Made by a program: the position numbers and the translations under genes
NCBI GenBank assembly: GCA_964106915.2
Contig: OZ066922.1
Source: Podarcis gaigeae
Lineage: Eukaryota
Strand: one strand, 5' to 3'
Length of the DNA: 64,000 nt
Notes under the pieces: model-generated
The model's input: only the letters and a program-made list of their open reading frames with translations
Told to the model about the DNA's origin: nothing
Databases searched by the model: none
Part shown: positions 62,894-64,000 of the stretch, piece by piece
How positions within the stretch are numbered: position 1 is the first letter of the stretch
Layout: every line of letters starts with the position of its first letter

Positions 62894-63703
62894 TTGGATT
62901 CCAAAGCATCATCCCCTCCTCTCAGGTACCGATCCTCTCCTTGTCCAGATTCTAATAAAGGGAATCTTCAGGCTGTCACCGATGAATGGTTGTCACTGAC
63001 TCTTGCCGTCACACCTTCAAGTACACCTTCCCCAACTCCTCCACCTTTTCCCAAACTCTTTCTTTCTGATTTAGAGGAACTTGGCACTCTAGCTTTGACA
63101 GGTCCGCAGAGCGTGCTGGGGCATTCAGATCATATCACTCCTCAAGTAAAGCATGACCATTTTGTTCCAATTACCTCACCAAAGGCTTCCCACTCCTTCC
63201 CTGAATCTCCAACTTCACCTCAGCCATTTTCTTCATCTGCCTGTAAATCACCTCCTCCAGCAACCTGGTTTCATGACAACGTGCGTAAGCCTGTTACCAA
63301 TAGTGTAAATCTGCGCGAAAGTAAATGTAGCAATTTCAGAGAGCTGAGAGGAAGCCCCACCACCAAGGAAAGGAAAAATTTCTCACAAACAACTCCGGAA
63401 GTTCAAGGAATAGCAGGCCCTGCTCTTGTTCTCTCCAAAGAAGACCCATTATTCAGAACCCTGACGGAGACTGACGAACCAGAAGAAGAAATCTGTGAAG
63501 AGCTGCTAGCGATAATCCAAGGGGGCCGGTCAAAATGTAAAGATTCAGGTTTCTACAGGCGTGCCCCTGATGTAACAGAACAACTGGCAAGGCTTCACAT
63601 AGAGGAAGAGCTGAGCCATGACAATTTAGAGTCACTCATATCAGTTAAGAGAGAACCTATGATACCTTGCGAAGGGGACAGTTCACCAGATACTAAAAAA
63701 GAG
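62894..63703 (+). CDS. SORBS2: Probable large SORBS2 cassette exon between SH3-B and SH3-C, 810 nt, phase 0-0: LDSKASSPP...SSPDTKKE
   Basis: ORF 62894-63805 begins exactly at tttctcaag|TTG after a strong pyrimidine tract; in-frame donor GAG|gtattt; Ser/Pro-rich, then acidic. Confidence 0.78.
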
Positions 63704-64000
63704 GTATTTAAACTTCTTAAGATAAACTCCTACATTCTCATCATGAATTCAAGTCTTAACTTTCCGTTGTGTGTGTTTCTGCCTGCATGTGCCTTTCTAG
63801 TATAAACTGCAATATTTTGAGAACAGTAGAATGCACATTAACGCACAAGCCCTCTCTCCAGTTCTTTTATTTTGGAGATGGGAAGAAATGTCACATTATA
63901 ATTTAGTTTACCCTAACTGAATAAAGTCTCTCCTTCCTTCCTTCTGGAGCTAGCCGCCATTAGTTGCGGCTGTCATCAGGAATGAAAAACCATTGGTTGC

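Larger units (their letters stand above)
1458..63703 (+). other. SORBS2: SORBS2 (ArgBP2) gene body, partial: 22 coding exons plus an internal alternative first exon
   Basis: Spliced translation matches recalled SORBS2 segments ([21 protein letters not shown], [41 protein letters not shown], [31 protein letters not shown], two SH3 domains). All introns are GT-AG and exon phases are consistent. Confidence 0.98.

Overview
This is vertebrate genomic DNA, almost certainly a squamate and probably a lacertid lizard, because it carries an intact Sauria SINE plus squamate-type CR1/L2, hAT and Tc1/mariner elements. The whole window lies inside one + strand gene, SORBS2 (ArgBP2/nArgBP2, sorbin and SH3 domain-containing protein 2). 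I traced 22 phase-compatible coding exons from 1458 to 63703 (5414 nt if all are included). They cover the N-terminal region, the SoHo domain, the 1578-nt neuron-type exon with a His9 tract, and SH3 domains A and B. A separate internal sorbin-type first exon (MKAAEPLQ) lies at 22432. The most upstream start exon and the SH3-C/stop exons lie outside the window. The most notable features are: three additional large in-frame cassette exons, one carrying a motif shared with the SORBS1 insert; rare AAG acceptors and long AG-exclusion zones in front of the cassettes; and a young 1.77-kb hAT element containing a 154-bp tandem array, inserted 59 nt behind a coding exon. No prokaryotic-type systems (CRISPR, operons) and no rRNA or tRNA genes were seen. 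Homology statements rest on recalled sequences, not on searches.
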